A DNA stretch of 64,000 bases from a bacterium (GTDB lineage Bacteria; Patescibacteriota; Minisyncoccia; Minisyncoccales; Minisyncoccaceae), in the NCBI GenBank assembly GCA_023228085.1, contig JALOBW010000004.1, forward strand, positions 2,070-66,069. The letters run 5' to 3'. The position numbers and the translations under genes were made by a program. Shown in pieces: positions 18,681 through 29,067 of the stretch (position 1 is the first letter of the stretch; each line of letters starts with the position of its first letter). The notes under the pieces were generated by a model. That model worked only from the letters and a program-made list of their open reading frames with translations. It had not been told where the DNA came from and searched no databases.

Positions 18681-20357
18681 ATGGCAATAGAACTTAATAA
18701 ACTTGAATTTGATAGGGCAATATCTGATACTGAAGATGGATTTAGGTTCTATTGTAAATATGTTCGAATAGTAGATAAAAAGGCTAAACTAGTAAGATTT
18801 GAACTTAATCATGTTCAGAACTTACTTATAGAAGAGTTTTTTAAACCAAAAGTTAGATTGATGATCCTAAAGTGTAGGCAAAGGGGAGTTACGACCCTTG
18901 CCACACAATTAGGATTAAAGAGAGCCATAACAATCCCAAACAAAAGAGGAGCTGTTTATTTACACAGATTCCCACCGACCAGAGAGCTTGGGAGAAAATG
19001 CCAGGTAACATATAATCACTTGCCAATGATATTTAAAAATCCCAAGCTCGATACAGTTGGTATATCAGAAGTAAATATTAGTGAATTAAATTCAACTTTA
19101 AAGTTTGTAACTGCTGGACAAAGAGGAGCTGCATCTAGATCTGAAACATTGGATTTTCTGCATTTATCAGAGCCTGCATTTTATGAAAGCTTAACAGAGA
19201 CTCTTACTGCTGCAAGGGATTCAGTCCCAGATGAAGATGGAACATATTTAGTACTAGAAAGTACTCCAAATACAATATCGGACCCATTTGCAAAATTATG
19301 GTTTGCAAGTAAAGCAGGATTGTCTGAATTTAAAACATTCTTCTATCCATGGCATGCTGACCCAGAAGCAATAATAATAGACAATGACCTATATGAACCA
19401 TGGGAAGGTTCAGATGAAGAGAATTTAGCCCAAAGAAAATATGAGTTAACAATACCACAACTTAAGTGGAGAAGAAAAGCAATCCAGAAATATGTCATGG
19501 ATGGAGAAGGTGGTAGTGCTCTAAAGATATTTAAAAGAGAGCACCCAGAAAGTGATACTGATTGCTTCATGGCAGACCAGTGTGCATTTTTTCCAACAGA
19601 AGTCATACAAGATCATATAGGAAGAGTAGAGATAGATACTAGGGAAGGGCAAATAACTCCACAAAAGGGAATAAACTTTTTTACAAACCCTGAAATGAGA
19701 GTATTATTAAAAGATGCAATTATATTTAAAGATGTAGAACATGGGAGAAGGTATGCTCTATCTGGGGATACTAGTGAAGGAATAGACAAGGGGGACTTTC
19801 AGGCTGGAATAGTTTTAGACTTAGACAGCGGTGAGCAATGCGCACAGATAAATACAAAGGTAGATGTATATACATTTACTAAAATGCTTAATGTATTAGG
19901 AAGGTATTATAATGACGCAATACTTGCTGTTGAATTTAACAATCATGGTATTGCAGTAGTAGAATGGCTAGTTAGAGAATTTAATTACCCAAATTTATAT
20001 AGAAGTACCACAAGAAGGAATCTTGGGACAGGTCAAAGGCATGTATCAAGATATGGATTTTATACAACAAGTGGGCTGGAAGTTAATACAAAAAGATACA
20101 TTATGGACAATTTATCTCAAAGCTTAACTGCTGGGGAAATATTGCCTATGGACAAAACTTGCCTTGAGCAATTATTGCATTACCAAGAAAAAGACAGAAG
20201 GCTATCAGCTCCAGAAGGAATGTTTGATGACTTAGTTATGGCATTAGCTATAGCATGGAATTGTAGAAGTCAAAACACTTCTCATATTGATATATTCACA
20301 TCAAGGATTTCACAAAGATCTCAAGATAGTGGAATTACACTTCATTTGAATTATTAA
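18681..20357 (+). CDS. terL: terminase large subunit
   Basis: ILKCRQRGVTT (Walker A), LHLSE (Walker B), ESTPN coupling motif, nuclease motifs SGDTSEG and DDLVMALAIA. Confidence 0.9.
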   Translation: MAIELNKLEFDRAISDTEDGFRFYCKYVRIVDKKAKLVRFELNHVQNLLIEEFFKPKVRLMILKCRQRGVTTLATQLGLKRAITIPNKRGAVYLHRFPPTRELGRKCQVTYNHLPMIFKNPKLDTVGISEVNISELNSTLKFVTAGQRGAASRSETLDFLHLSEPAFYESLTETLTAARDSVPDEDGTYLVLESTPNTISDPFAKLWFASKAGLSEFKTFFYPWHADPEAIIIDNDLYEPWEGSDEENLAQRKYELTIPQLKWRRKAIQKYVMDGEGGSALKIFKREHPESDTDCFMADQCAFFPTEVIQDHIGRVEIDTREGQITPQKGINFFTNPEMRVLLKDAIIFKDVEHGRRYALSGDTSEGIDKGDFQAGIVLDLDSGEQCAQINTKVDVYTFTKMLNVLGRYYNDAILAVEFNNHGIAVVEWLVREFNYPNLYRSTTRRNLGTGQRHVSRYGFYTTSGLEVNTKRYIMDNLSQSLTAGEILPMDKTCLEQLLHYQEKDRRLSAPEGMFDDLVMALAIAWNCRSQNTSHIDIFTSRISQRSQDSGITLHLNY

Positions 20358-20373
20358 ACGAAAGGAATAAAGT

Positions 20374-20775
20374 ATGTCAAATTCAGATTTTACCATTAGG
20401 CGCAGTTTAGATGGCAATGATTTAATTATAAGCTATTTTGAAATTTTAAAAAATAGAGAAAGAATTAAAAAGAGCAAAGCAATACCATTGAAAGATATTT
20501 TAAAAATTGAGCCTATATTGATAAAAGAACATATAATATTTTATAAAAGTTGCCCAGTCCCAGATATATATGGGAATTACCCATGTGCATTAGTTTGTGG
20601 CTCTATGAAAATAATAGGGAAAGATGGATCAACTCTATTTGATATTATCTTAACAAGACCAGAAGACTTTGATGATTTTCTCAAAAGAGACAATTCATTG
20701 CTATATTCAGAGCAAGAATATTTTATTAGAAGTATAAAAGCTCTAAACTATGATTTGGGTCTAACCAATTCTTGA
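20374..20775 (+). CDS. hypothetical protein
   Basis: AAAGGA RBS; 133 aa. Confidence 0.6.
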   Translation: MSNSDFTIRRSLDGNDLIISYFEILKNRERIKKSKAIPLKDILKIEPILIKEHIIFYKSCPVPDIYGNYPCALVCGSMKIIGKDGSTLFDIILTRPEDFDDFLKRDNSLLYSEQEYFIRSIKALNYDLGLTNS

Positions 20776-20800
20776 CATACCTATTTAAAATGTTTATAAT
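20772..20800 (+). promoter_or_regulatory. sigma70 consensus promoter for the portal/head operon
   Basis: Perfect TTGACA-17 bp-TATAAT. Confidence 0.85.
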
Positions 20801-20830
20801 TACAATATGAACATTATAAGATAGGATTGT

Positions 20831-22495
20831 ATGCCAAGAAAAAAAATAGTAAATACTGTTCCAAGCCCAGAACCACAGAGCAATGGTATTAAAATAGGTT
20901 ATGCATCTAACGTAGATCTAAAAACATTACAGTTACTTAAAAGACTAAATGAAGATGATGACAACCTATTTAAAGACAAAGTTAAAGAATGCTCCATGGC
21001 ATTGCACAAAACATACCTACTCCAAAAGGGATACTCACCAAGAAAAATATCTAAGATGTATTCCAATACTCAGGAATTTGTGGAGCCTCCTTGGGACGTA
21101 GATTTACTTCTTGATTTAGTTAGGTTCAATACGTGGCACAAAACTTGCATAGATGTAAAATCTGAAGATGCAGTTAGACATGGGATAAAGTATTACAAAG
21201 ATGGAATAGTAAGCAATGCTGCTGATGCAAATAAAACTAAAATAAAAGACTTCTTTGAAAAGCCAAACTCTGAAGGAATGAATATGTATGGAGTTTGTGT
21301 AGCACTTCTACAGGACTTACAGAGAAGCAATGCAAATATGGCAGTGGAAGTTGTAAGGACACTCAAAAGTCTCTATGATGTAAATTCACCTATAGTAGAA
21401 ATCAAGCACGTAGATGTGACAAGGATAAAGCCTCACAAATATGCTTTCGTTTCTCCACTAGACCCAAAATACACTCCAATATTTAAATATGTATCAGCCT
21501 ATGATGATGACAAGGATAAATATTTTAAGGCATTTGGAGCAGTGGATGCCAATGGCAATCCTTTAATATATGACAAATATACCGGGGAAAGAATAGGCAA
21601 AGAAAATCCCCTTGAGCCAAATGAAGATGGGACTTTAAATTTAGATAGAGTAGCAACTGAGCTTATATATAAAGTAATATATGAGCCAAATGGTGGAGAT
21701 GACAGTTACCCATACTTCCCATATTATGGATTAAACCCAATAATACCAATGATACTGGCTACAGTTGGATTTAGAAATGCAGCTATGTTTAATATTAAAT
21801 TCTTCAAACAAACAATAAAGAATTTGATAATGCTAAAGGGAAGATTGAGCCCTGCAAGCGAGAAGAAGTTTAATGATTATATGGAAGTCTGCATGACAGA
21901 CCCAGAAATGCTCCCAGATCTTTACGCTCACACAGATGACCCAGATGGCGGAATAGAAGTTAAACAACTCATAGATAGAGCATTAGAAGCAAGTTTCTTG
22001 CAATACTCATCCATGAATAGAGATGAAATTATAGCTGGGCATAAAGTTCCTGCAAATAGAGTATATACTCCTGAAGCTGGAAAATTGTCTGGAAATATAG
22101 CTGAAACATCCAATGAAGTATATAAAGACACCACATTGGCTCCATTACAAAGAATGCTTGACGAAGAACTAATAAACCCATTTATTATTAAAATGGGTCT
22201 AGGAATATCAGACTGGACTATTAAATTCAATAGACTTGGAACTATTGATCACAGGTTCCTGTTGGATGAAGTTAGATCTTTGGTTGATAGGGGGATAATA
22301 ACACTAGGAGAATCAGCAAACATACTTGGCATAGAAAGTGAAATGGATGACGAAACAAGGAATATGCGTATTATATTATCATCCTATATGCCATTGAAGT
22401 TGATGCAACATCAAACATTGCAAGATAGGATTCCTAGTGATAGTGGAGCAATAATGAACCCAGCACAATTAAATCCACCAGTTAAGGGTAAATAA
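20831..22495 (+). CDS. portal protein (PBSX-like)
   Basis: EPPWDVDLLLDL...WHKTCIDVK, YYGLNP, FLQYSSMNRDEIIAGHKVP; position after terL. Confidence 0.85.
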   Translation: MPRKKIVNTVPSPEPQSNGIKIGYASNVDLKTLQLLKRLNEDDDNLFKDKVKECSMALHKTYLLQKGYSPRKISKMYSNTQEFVEPPWDVDLLLDLVRFNTWHKTCIDVKSEDAVRHGIKYYKDGIVSNAADANKTKIKDFFEKPNSEGMNMYGVCVALLQDLQRSNANMAVEVVRTLKSLYDVNSPIVEIKHVDVTRIKPHKYAFVSPLDPKYTPIFKYVSAYDDDKDKYFKAFGAVDANGNPLIYDKYTGERIGKENPLEPNEDGTLNLDRVATELIYKVIYEPNGGDDSYPYFPYYGLNPIIPMILATVGFRNAAMFNIKFFKQTIKNLIMLKGRLSPASEKKFNDYMEVCMTDPEMLPDLYAHTDDPDGGIEVKQLIDRALEASFLQYSSMNRDEIIAGHKVPANRVYTPEAGKLSGNIAETSNEVYKDTTLAPLQRMLDEELINPFIIKMGLGISDWTIKFNRLGTIDHRFLLDEVRSLVDRGIITLGESANILGIESEMDDETRNMRIILSSYMPLKLMQHQTLQDRIPSDSGAIMNPAQLNPPVKGK

Positions 22496-23098
22496 ATGAA
22501 TATACAGAAAAATGAAAAGAAAAGATTGGCAAGGTTTGGGGTTCTAACGCCTGGATTGTTGGATAAAGACAAACACTTTATACCAAATACAGAAGAGGGG
22601 ATAGATGCAATAATAGATGCAGAAATAGATTTTGCAAAAGGTGGCTCTAATTTAGACCTATTCCACAGAGATGATATGATATTAAGTAAACAGGATGCTA
22701 TTGTAGTTGAGATGTGGATAACTGAAAATGATATGATAGTTGATTTGGAAAAAGGTGAAGTGATGCCTGATGCAGTTGTTATGGCAAAGGATGTCGAAGG
22801 CATTCTGCAAAAATCAGAAGGTGAAATTGGATTAGACGTAGAAATGGATTTAGCAACAGAAGTTTTCAGGAATAAATACAAGGAATATAAGTCAATAAAG
22901 AATAGAATAAAAGAAGATTTAGAATTACATAAAAAAGATCCTAATCATAAGTTTAAATATAAGAAAATAAGAAAAGGAACGTTGAGGATGGGAGTACATT
23001 ATCCCAATGAGAATATTTGGAATAAAGTGCTAGATGGGACACTTGGTCAAGTTTCTATAAAGGGAGTAGCTACTGAATTTGAAGAAGTTGACTTATAA
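22496..23098 (+). CDS. XkdF-like prohead protease
   Basis: GVLTPGLLDKD...LFH...VVEMW...GTLRMGVH..NIWNKVLDGTLGQVSIKG. Confidence 0.65.
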   Translation: MNIQKNEKKRLARFGVLTPGLLDKDKHFIPNTEEGIDAIIDAEIDFAKGGSNLDLFHRDDMILSKQDAIVVEMWITENDMIVDLEKGEVMPDAVVMAKDVEGILQKSEGEIGLDVEMDLATEVFRNKYKEYKSIKNRIKEDLELHKKDPNHKFKYKKIRKGTLRMGVHYPNENIWNKVLDGTLGQVSIKGVATEFEEVDL

Positions 23099-23131
23099 TA
23101 ATTTTAATTGTATTATTAAATATGGAGAAAT

Positions 23132-24097
23132 ATGATGGCTAAAGCTATTAAGTTGAAGAAATTTACAATATCAAGAATAGCAAACTTAACAAAAGGCTCT
23201 CAAAGAGATGATGATGATGAGCAACTTGGATGTTTGTTGTATATGACCAAAGGTGAAAATTTACAGATAAATGAAGATTTAATATTCAAAGATTTAGAAA
23301 AAGAAATAAATCTTAAAGATGGAGAATCTTTTGATATAAATGTTATTCCAGAAGTTATTAAAGGAGAAGTTGGATTAAGTGAAGACTTGAAATCCTTAAA
23401 GTATATAATTTCTGACAATAGCATCTACCAAGAAATATATGAATGCAAGCCCCATGGAGAAAATGGGGTATCATTTATAAAGGGCTTAAGGGATGGTTCA
23501 ACTGAATTACATTCTATTATATTTAATAAGCCTACATTTGATAAGACAAAAGCCACACAATGGCTTAATGCTAACTTAAGGATTAATAGTAATCTACAGA
23601 AAGGAGATAATCCAAATAGCATGGAACTTCAAGACATTCTTCCAGAAATAACTAAATCTCAGGAGAAGATTCTGGAAAAAGGGCTAGAACCGATTAACGA
23701 ACTCAAGAAGGAATTTCAGTCCTTCAAGGAGGAAGTAAACTTGAGGCTTACTAAAATGGAAAAGCCTATAGAGACAACTCCTCCAATAGATCAAGGTAAA
23801 ATTGATCTCGAAAAAAAGGAAAAAGAACTCAATGACAAAATTGCAGAGTTCACAAGCTTAGCTTCTACAATCCAGAATTTAGAGAAAGGTCAAAAGGATA
23901 TCTCTGATAAAATTTCTGCGATTGAGAGCACTGGTCTAATTTCAGCTGGTGCTTTTGGAGTGCCTGGATTTGCTGGTTCACTCAACAAACCTGGAGTTGG
24001 AATCAAAGCAGAGAATGGCATGGTAATAACAAAGGCTGATGAAGGCAATGAACTTGGACCTCTTAACTTGAAGTTATCAAAAGGGGAGGTGAATTAA
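23132..24097 (+). CDS. capsid scaffolding protein (probable)
   Basis: KLKKFTISRIANLTK N-terminus, coiled-coil C-terminal half; directly upstream of the major capsid gene. Confidence 0.55.
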   Translation: MMAKAIKLKKFTISRIANLTKGSQRDDDDEQLGCLLYMTKGENLQINEDLIFKDLEKEINLKDGESFDINVIPEVIKGEVGLSEDLKSLKYIISDNSIYQEIYECKPHGENGVSFIKGLRDGSTELHSIIFNKPTFDKTKATQWLNANLRINSNLQKGDNPNSMELQDILPEITKSQEKILEKGLEPINELKKEFQSFKEEVNLRLTKMEKPIETTPPIDQGKIDLEKKEKELNDKIAEFTSLASTIQNLEKGQKDISDKISAIESTGLISAGAFGVPGFAGSLNKPGVGIKAENGMVITKADEGNELGPLNLKLSKGEVN

Positions 24098-25411
24098 ATG
24101 CCATCAGAACCTAATTTAAACATACTAGACATTAAAGTTGGAACTAGGGAAATTAGAAATGCCATCAGGAATCTAATCCTTAGTAAATCTGAAATTACTT
24201 CAGATATGTTCACTTCTGCCAATGGTGGTATGAAATTGCCTCACAGGTATGCACTCGGTTGGCTTCGGAAACTCGGAGACAATACTATGCTAAAGAAATC
24301 TGGCATGGTAGAGTTTTATGAGTTTAGGGGCAATGAATCACAAATCAATGCCATTGACTGGACAGATATGGCAATGTATCCACAAGTAGAGCTTACTGAC
24401 CACAGATATTACACTGGTCCAACATTTGATCAGATTACATTAAGCCCACAATGGTTTAGTGCTAAATTCATGATCACAGACCAGGATGTCAATGTGGCTA
24501 CTGAGACCGACTTAGGTGGTCTATTCCTTGAGCTCATGGCTATGAAGCTTGCCAATGAATATGAAAAATTAATGATTCATGGTAACAAGATTGGCCAGAA
24601 CACTTCTCGTGCTAAAGCATATGATGACTACGATCCTGACAAAGTAAGCATAGATCCTACCTTCATTAAAACTGACGGTATCATATCACTTGCTGTTGCG
24701 GATGGTATTCAAGTTGACTGTAGCACATGGGAAACTAAGTATTTCAATCCTGAAATATGTAAAGAAATGCTTATGGCCATTGCTGAGGAACAACAGTTCT
24801 TGCTCCAAAGCATGCAGTTCATGGTTAGCCCAAGAGCTTATGAAGACTTCTATGAACATTGTGAAAACAAAGGTGTAGATACTGCATCTTTGCAATGGGT
24901 ACTTGGCACAATGCCAATCCAATATCACAAAAAGCTGATTCATGGAGTTCCTCTTTGGGACAACAACCCAAGACAGGTCAAGAAAGCCAAAATTACATCT
25001 TCTGGTGGAACAGTGGATTTGCCTTATGTCCCAATAGTAGAGGACAGTGACAAATTTATACCTCACACAGAAGGAACATTCTACACCCCATATGTAAATG
25101 GCACAGCAGATGACTATACATTGGATCTTACAACTGGCAAAGTTACCCATACTGGAACTGACACATCTTCAATTCCATTGGATACTTTCATAAACTTTAC
25201 CTACAAAGGGCCTGGTGTTGCAGTAATGACATTCCCTGGAAACTTTAAATTTGCAGTTAACACTGATACTGTAAAAATAGAGCATGACAGAGTAGTCAAT
25301 GATGCCACTGACCTATATGTAAGTCATACATCTGGTGACATTGCAATGTGGAGAGCTGATGCTTGTGTATGGACAAATGTTCAAAACAAAACACCTACGC
25401 TGGCTAGCTAA
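24098..25411 (+). CDS. major capsid protein (HK97-like fold)
   Basis: GGGGAGG RBS; position; PTFDQITLSP, LANEYEKLMIHGN, FIKTDGIISLA patterns. Confidence 0.8.
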   Translation: MPSEPNLNILDIKVGTREIRNAIRNLILSKSEITSDMFTSANGGMKLPHRYALGWLRKLGDNTMLKKSGMVEFYEFRGNESQINAIDWTDMAMYPQVELTDHRYYTGPTFDQITLSPQWFSAKFMITDQDVNVATETDLGGLFLELMAMKLANEYEKLMIHGNKIGQNTSRAKAYDDYDPDKVSIDPTFIKTDGIISLAVADGIQVDCSTWETKYFNPEICKEMLMAIAEEQQFLLQSMQFMVSPRAYEDFYEHCENKGVDTASLQWVLGTMPIQYHKKLIHGVPLWDNNPRQVKKAKITSSGGTVDLPYVPIVEDSDKFIPHTEGTFYTPYVNGTADDYTLDLTTGKVTHTGTDTSSIPLDTFINFTYKGPGVAVMTFPGNFKFAVNTDTVKIEHDRVVNDATDLYVSHTSGDIAMWRADACVWTNVQNKTPTLAS

Positions 25412-25505
25412 TGACGAATAATAGATGGCTTCTGTTCATCTTTAAAATAAACCTTTAAGCGTCAATCATCTGATTGAGGTAGGGCGGGAGGGCTGAAAGG
25501 TTAAA

Positions 25506-26072
25506 ATGCCAAGAGCAAAAGAAGTAAAAACAATAACATCAGTAACTGTTAATGATGAAGTACTTGATAATCTTACTCCAGATATGGATATTGAAAGCAA
25601 GGATAACCTTAATGAAGATATCCCACAATCTGAGTTAGTAAAAGAAAATTCTAACAGACAATTTAGAATAACACTTGTCCATCTTCCTGCACATTATAAT
25701 GGGCTAGGAGATTATGACCAGGAACGCATTGAAGGAAAGAGAAAGCAACTATTTTCGGAGCTAGGGGACTGGAAAGAAGTTGATAAAGCTATCAATGCAA
25801 TCATGAACAGTAAAAACATAAGAAATACAGCTTCCCTGAGAAAGAGAATACATTTTTCTCATAGGGGACAAAAACATTACATCAAAGATGCTAGAGTAGC
25901 CATGGAATACTACAGAGTAATCACAGCAAGACACAAGTATCAAGATGTATCAAAGGGGAAGAATAGGGCTAGATGGGTCCACAGCACCCCAGAATATGAC
26001 ACTTATGCTTTTGAAGTAAAATTGGTTGATACCAAAAGAAAAGTAGAAAGAGTCGTTGACAATAGGAGATAA
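25506..26072 (+). CDS. hypothetical head-associated protein
   Basis: 188 aa ORF following the capsid gene. Confidence 0.65.
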   Translation: MPRAKEVKTITSVTVNDEVLDNLTPDMDIESKDNLNEDIPQSELVKENSNRQFRITLVHLPAHYNGLGDYDQERIEGKRKQLFSELGDWKEVDKAINAIMNSKNIRNTASLRKRIHFSHRGQKHYIKDARVAMEYYRVITARHKYQDVSKGKNRARWVHSTPEYDTYAFEVKLVDTKRKVERVVDNRR

Positions 26073-26078
26073 GAGATA

Positions 26079-26789
26079 ATGGGATTATATATAGTCTCTT
26101 CTGACATAGTAAATAAGCAAGGGCTTCCTGACAGTGAAGTTGAGAAGATCATTGATACAATAGAAGAGCAGGTTCATTCCTATTGTATGGATATATTCTG
26201 TACTTGGGATGACATATATGATGAAAGCTATACATTTAAGTTCAGAGGAGAAGGCAATCCTGTTATTTTCATTGACAGATTAATACCCTATAACTTGATT
26301 TCCATAGCAAATATAGAATACATAGACCCAGAACTAGGGCTAGACACAATAGACGATGAATATGAGTTCAATGAATATAGTATTACTAATCTAGACAATG
26401 CTTGGAAATCAAGTCGTAGGATGAATTATCAAGTAACATGCAATATAGGAAATGCAGAAACATCAATACTTGGAAACACTAACCCAAAGTATAAGCCAGA
26501 AAGCTTGCTATACTGTCTGAAAGCACTAGTAACTAGGGAAATAGACATAATGTATAGCGATGGTGCAGTATATGCTGGGACTACAAGTTTAGATGTTGAT
26601 AAAATAAAAGAGTATGAGTTTAACTCAGAAACGGCATTTGATTATTCATATAAACGCAATAAATCCATAATAATAGATCCAAGCAATCCAAACCCAACTG
26701 GAATACCAACTATAGATTCAATATTGAGAAGTTTACAGAGACAAGATATCAAAATATGGACAGCCAGACAAAACTGGAGTAAATACTAA
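26079..26789 (+). CDS. head-tail connector/adaptor (probable)
   Basis: Position; TIEEQVHSYC...FRGEG..., YSYKR, TGIPTIDSIL patterns. Confidence 0.55.
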   Translation: MGLYIVSSDIVNKQGLPDSEVEKIIDTIEEQVHSYCMDIFCTWDDIYDESYTFKFRGEGNPVIFIDRLIPYNLISIANIEYIDPELGLDTIDDEYEFNEYSITNLDNAWKSSRRMNYQVTCNIGNAETSILGNTNPKYKPESLLYCLKALVTREIDIMYSDGAVYAGTTSLDVDKIKEYEFNSETAFDYSYKRNKSIIIDPSNPNPTGIPTIDSILRSLQRQDIKIWTARQNWSKY

Positions 26790-27139
26790 TGCCTTCTTCC
26801 ATAATGACTCCACATCAAGTAGATGTTGAGAGGCAAACTCCTGCTCAAGATGATACTGGTGGATATGATGATTCTACCTATAGCACAATATATGAAAATC
26901 TTAAATGTAGAATAGCATCAGTAGAGTCTCTATATGGAAATAAAAACATTGGATATGCCAAAGAAATGTTTAGTGGAATGCCAGAAGTAACTGCTGTAAT
27001 GATGGCATCAACTAAATTGGATAACATGGATAGAATCACATTTGGTGATACTATATATGAAATACGTAAAATATACCCAGTATATGCATTTAGAAAACTA
27101 CATCACTATACTTATGGGTTAAAGCAAATCACTATATAA
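26789..27139 (+). CDS. head closure protein (SPP1 gp16-like)
   Basis: VDVERQT..QDDTGG...LKCRI...DRITFGDTIYEIR. Confidence 0.7.
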   Translation: MPSSIMTPHQVDVERQTPAQDDTGGYDDSTYSTIYENLKCRIASVESLYGNKNIGYAKEMFSGMPEVTAVMMASTKLDNMDRITFGDTIYEIRKIYPVYAFRKLHHYTYGLKQITI

Positions 27140-27161
27140 TATAATTCGAGGAGAATAAACG

Positions 27162-28844
27162 ATGGGAAATTGCTCTATTAAGATCAATCAATCAGATAAC
27201 CCACTATCCTATATTAAATTCAATCTCAAAGAAATGAAAAGGAAGTTAAGGATCTGTCTATTGCAACCAGGTGGCTGTGGGGATTCTATAATGGTAGAGC
27301 CCATTGCAAGGTGGATTAAAGACAATAATGATAATACTGAAATAGCATTTGCTGCCAGGCCTGAATACATGAAGGTAATGATGAATAATCCATATTTTAA
27401 GGTTATTGATGGATTTGAAATATTAAAGGCAATTAAAAATCATGATAGTGGGATATTGAACCAATTTGACATTCCTCCCATTAACTTTGCTACTGCAATA
27501 AATACTAATCCAGATGCAGAGAAAATGCACTACATAGATGCTCATTATAAATATATAGACCAAGATATTGACACTAACTCCATACCAATAGAATACAAAA
27601 TTCCAAGATTGTTTATAAAAGAAGATAGGGCTAAGTTAGCAAAAAGCTGGTTTAATGTTATGGAATTAAGAGATAGAATAACTGTTGGAATACAAATAAG
27701 ATCTAGTAGTTATGTAAGGAATTGGAATAAAAATAAAGAGCTTGCATTACTATTAGGTAGCAATGGATACAATGTAATATTATTCTCAAACAACCCTTAT
27801 GACTTTTTTAGTGGTCCAAACATATATACTCCGCCATTCAAATATACTCACCAGCAAATGGAGAATGTTGTAGCATTTGCAAATGAATGTGACATATTGG
27901 TTAGCCCAGACAGTAGCTTTGTTCAAATAGCACAGGCATTAAATAAGAAATTAGTATGCATGTATGGACCATTCCCAAGCGAATATAGAGTTAAATACTA
28001 TGATAATGTAATAGCCATAGAGAACCATGATCATGAAAAATTTAAATGTATGCCATGTTATCTTCATCATCATACGTGCCCATTTGGATCAACTTCTCCA
28101 TGTATGGACTCTATAAGTGTTGATGATGTATTTGATGCAATAGTTAAAAAGTCGCATGAATATGGCATGGATACAGGTAAACTAGTAAACACTGAATTCT
28201 ATAGTGAAAAAATATACAGTTCAATTAAATGTATAGATGGCAACAATTTTGCAATAATGTCTCCAAATTATGGAGTATGGACTTGTGAGAATGCTCAAGA
28301 AATAGCAAATAGAATTAAAACCCATACACAGGGTGCTTATCCAAATATGTCACAGTTCTGCATAGCAGACATGGGATGCGGAGATGGAGCGCTTATGGAT
28401 GCAATATCTAAATGCTCAAGAGATAAATTTTATCCGCTTCTGTATGGGATAGATATTATGGATTCTGCAAAACATCAAGCTAGGGTCAACCATCATGATA
28501 TATGGAGCAATATTAAGAAGGCAGACATTAGAGAAAGATTTATTTGGTCCAATGGCAAATTAAACTGTATTATCTACAATGAAATACTTGAGCACATGGA
28601 TATATATGGTGCAATAGAAGCAATTAAAACTGGCAAATCATACTTGCATAACAAGGGAATAATGTATATATTATATAGTATGGAACATGCAAAGTTTGAC
28701 ATGCATAAAGTTTTTGGAATGATAGGAATGGAGATTGTATCCAATAGCATGATAGACAATAAAACAGAACTAATAGCAAGGAAAATACAGAATGAGACAA
28801 ATACGAGCAATATCCAACAAAGTAATAGCAAAGAGAACCAATAG
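27162..28844 (+). CDS. GT9-family (GT-B) glycosyltransferase fused to a class I SAM methyltransferase
   Basis: GGCGDSIM, VSPDSSFVQIAQAL...MYGP, CMPC..C...CMDSI; C-terminal IADMGCGDG. Confidence 0.8.
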   Translation: MGNCSIKINQSDNPLSYIKFNLKEMKRKLRICLLQPGGCGDSIMVEPIARWIKDNNDNTEIAFAARPEYMKVMMNNPYFKVIDGFEILKAIKNHDSGILNQFDIPPINFATAINTNPDAEKMHYIDAHYKYIDQDIDTNSIPIEYKIPRLFIKEDRAKLAKSWFNVMELRDRITVGIQIRSSSYVRNWNKNKELALLLGSNGYNVILFSNNPYDFFSGPNIYTPPFKYTHQQMENVVAFANECDILVSPDSSFVQIAQALNKKLVCMYGPFPSEYRVKYYDNVIAIENHDHEKFKCMPCYLHHHTCPFGSTSPCMDSISVDDVFDAIVKKSHEYGMDTGKLVNTEFYSEKIYSSIKCIDGNNFAIMSPNYGVWTCENAQEIANRIKTHTQGAYPNMSQFCIADMGCGDGALMDAISKCSRDKFYPLLYGIDIMDSAKHQARVNHHDIWSNIKKADIRERFIWSNGKLNCIIYNEILEHMDIYGAIEAIKTGKSYLHNKGIMYILYSMEHAKFDMHKVFGMIGMEIVSNSMIDNKTELIARKIQNETNTSNIQQSNSKENQ

Positions 28845-29067
28845 ACTCATTGAAGAGCATCATGGCATAGCAATACCACAGACTGCAAAAGTTATTTCTG
28901 TAGTGTGTGAGGTATTGTCTGTTGGGCCAAGGGTTAGAAGTGGCATAAAAGTTGGAGACATGATATTTAAAGATCAGTATTTAAGACCAGATACTGAATT
29001 TGAAGTTGATGGTCAAAAGCTACTTTTATTAAATGAAGATGAAATTCATTGTAAGGTAGAAGAATAA
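28792..29067 (+). CDS. groES: GroES/Cpn10-like co-chaperonin
   Basis: IRAISNKVIAK...GIAIP...EVLSVGP...IKVGD...EFEVDGQKLLLLNEDEI. Confidence 0.8.
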   Translation: MRQIRAISNKVIAKRTNRLIEEHHGIAIPQTAKVISVVCEVLSVGPRVRSGIKVGDMIFKDQYLRPDTEFEVDGQKLLLLNEDEIHCKVEE

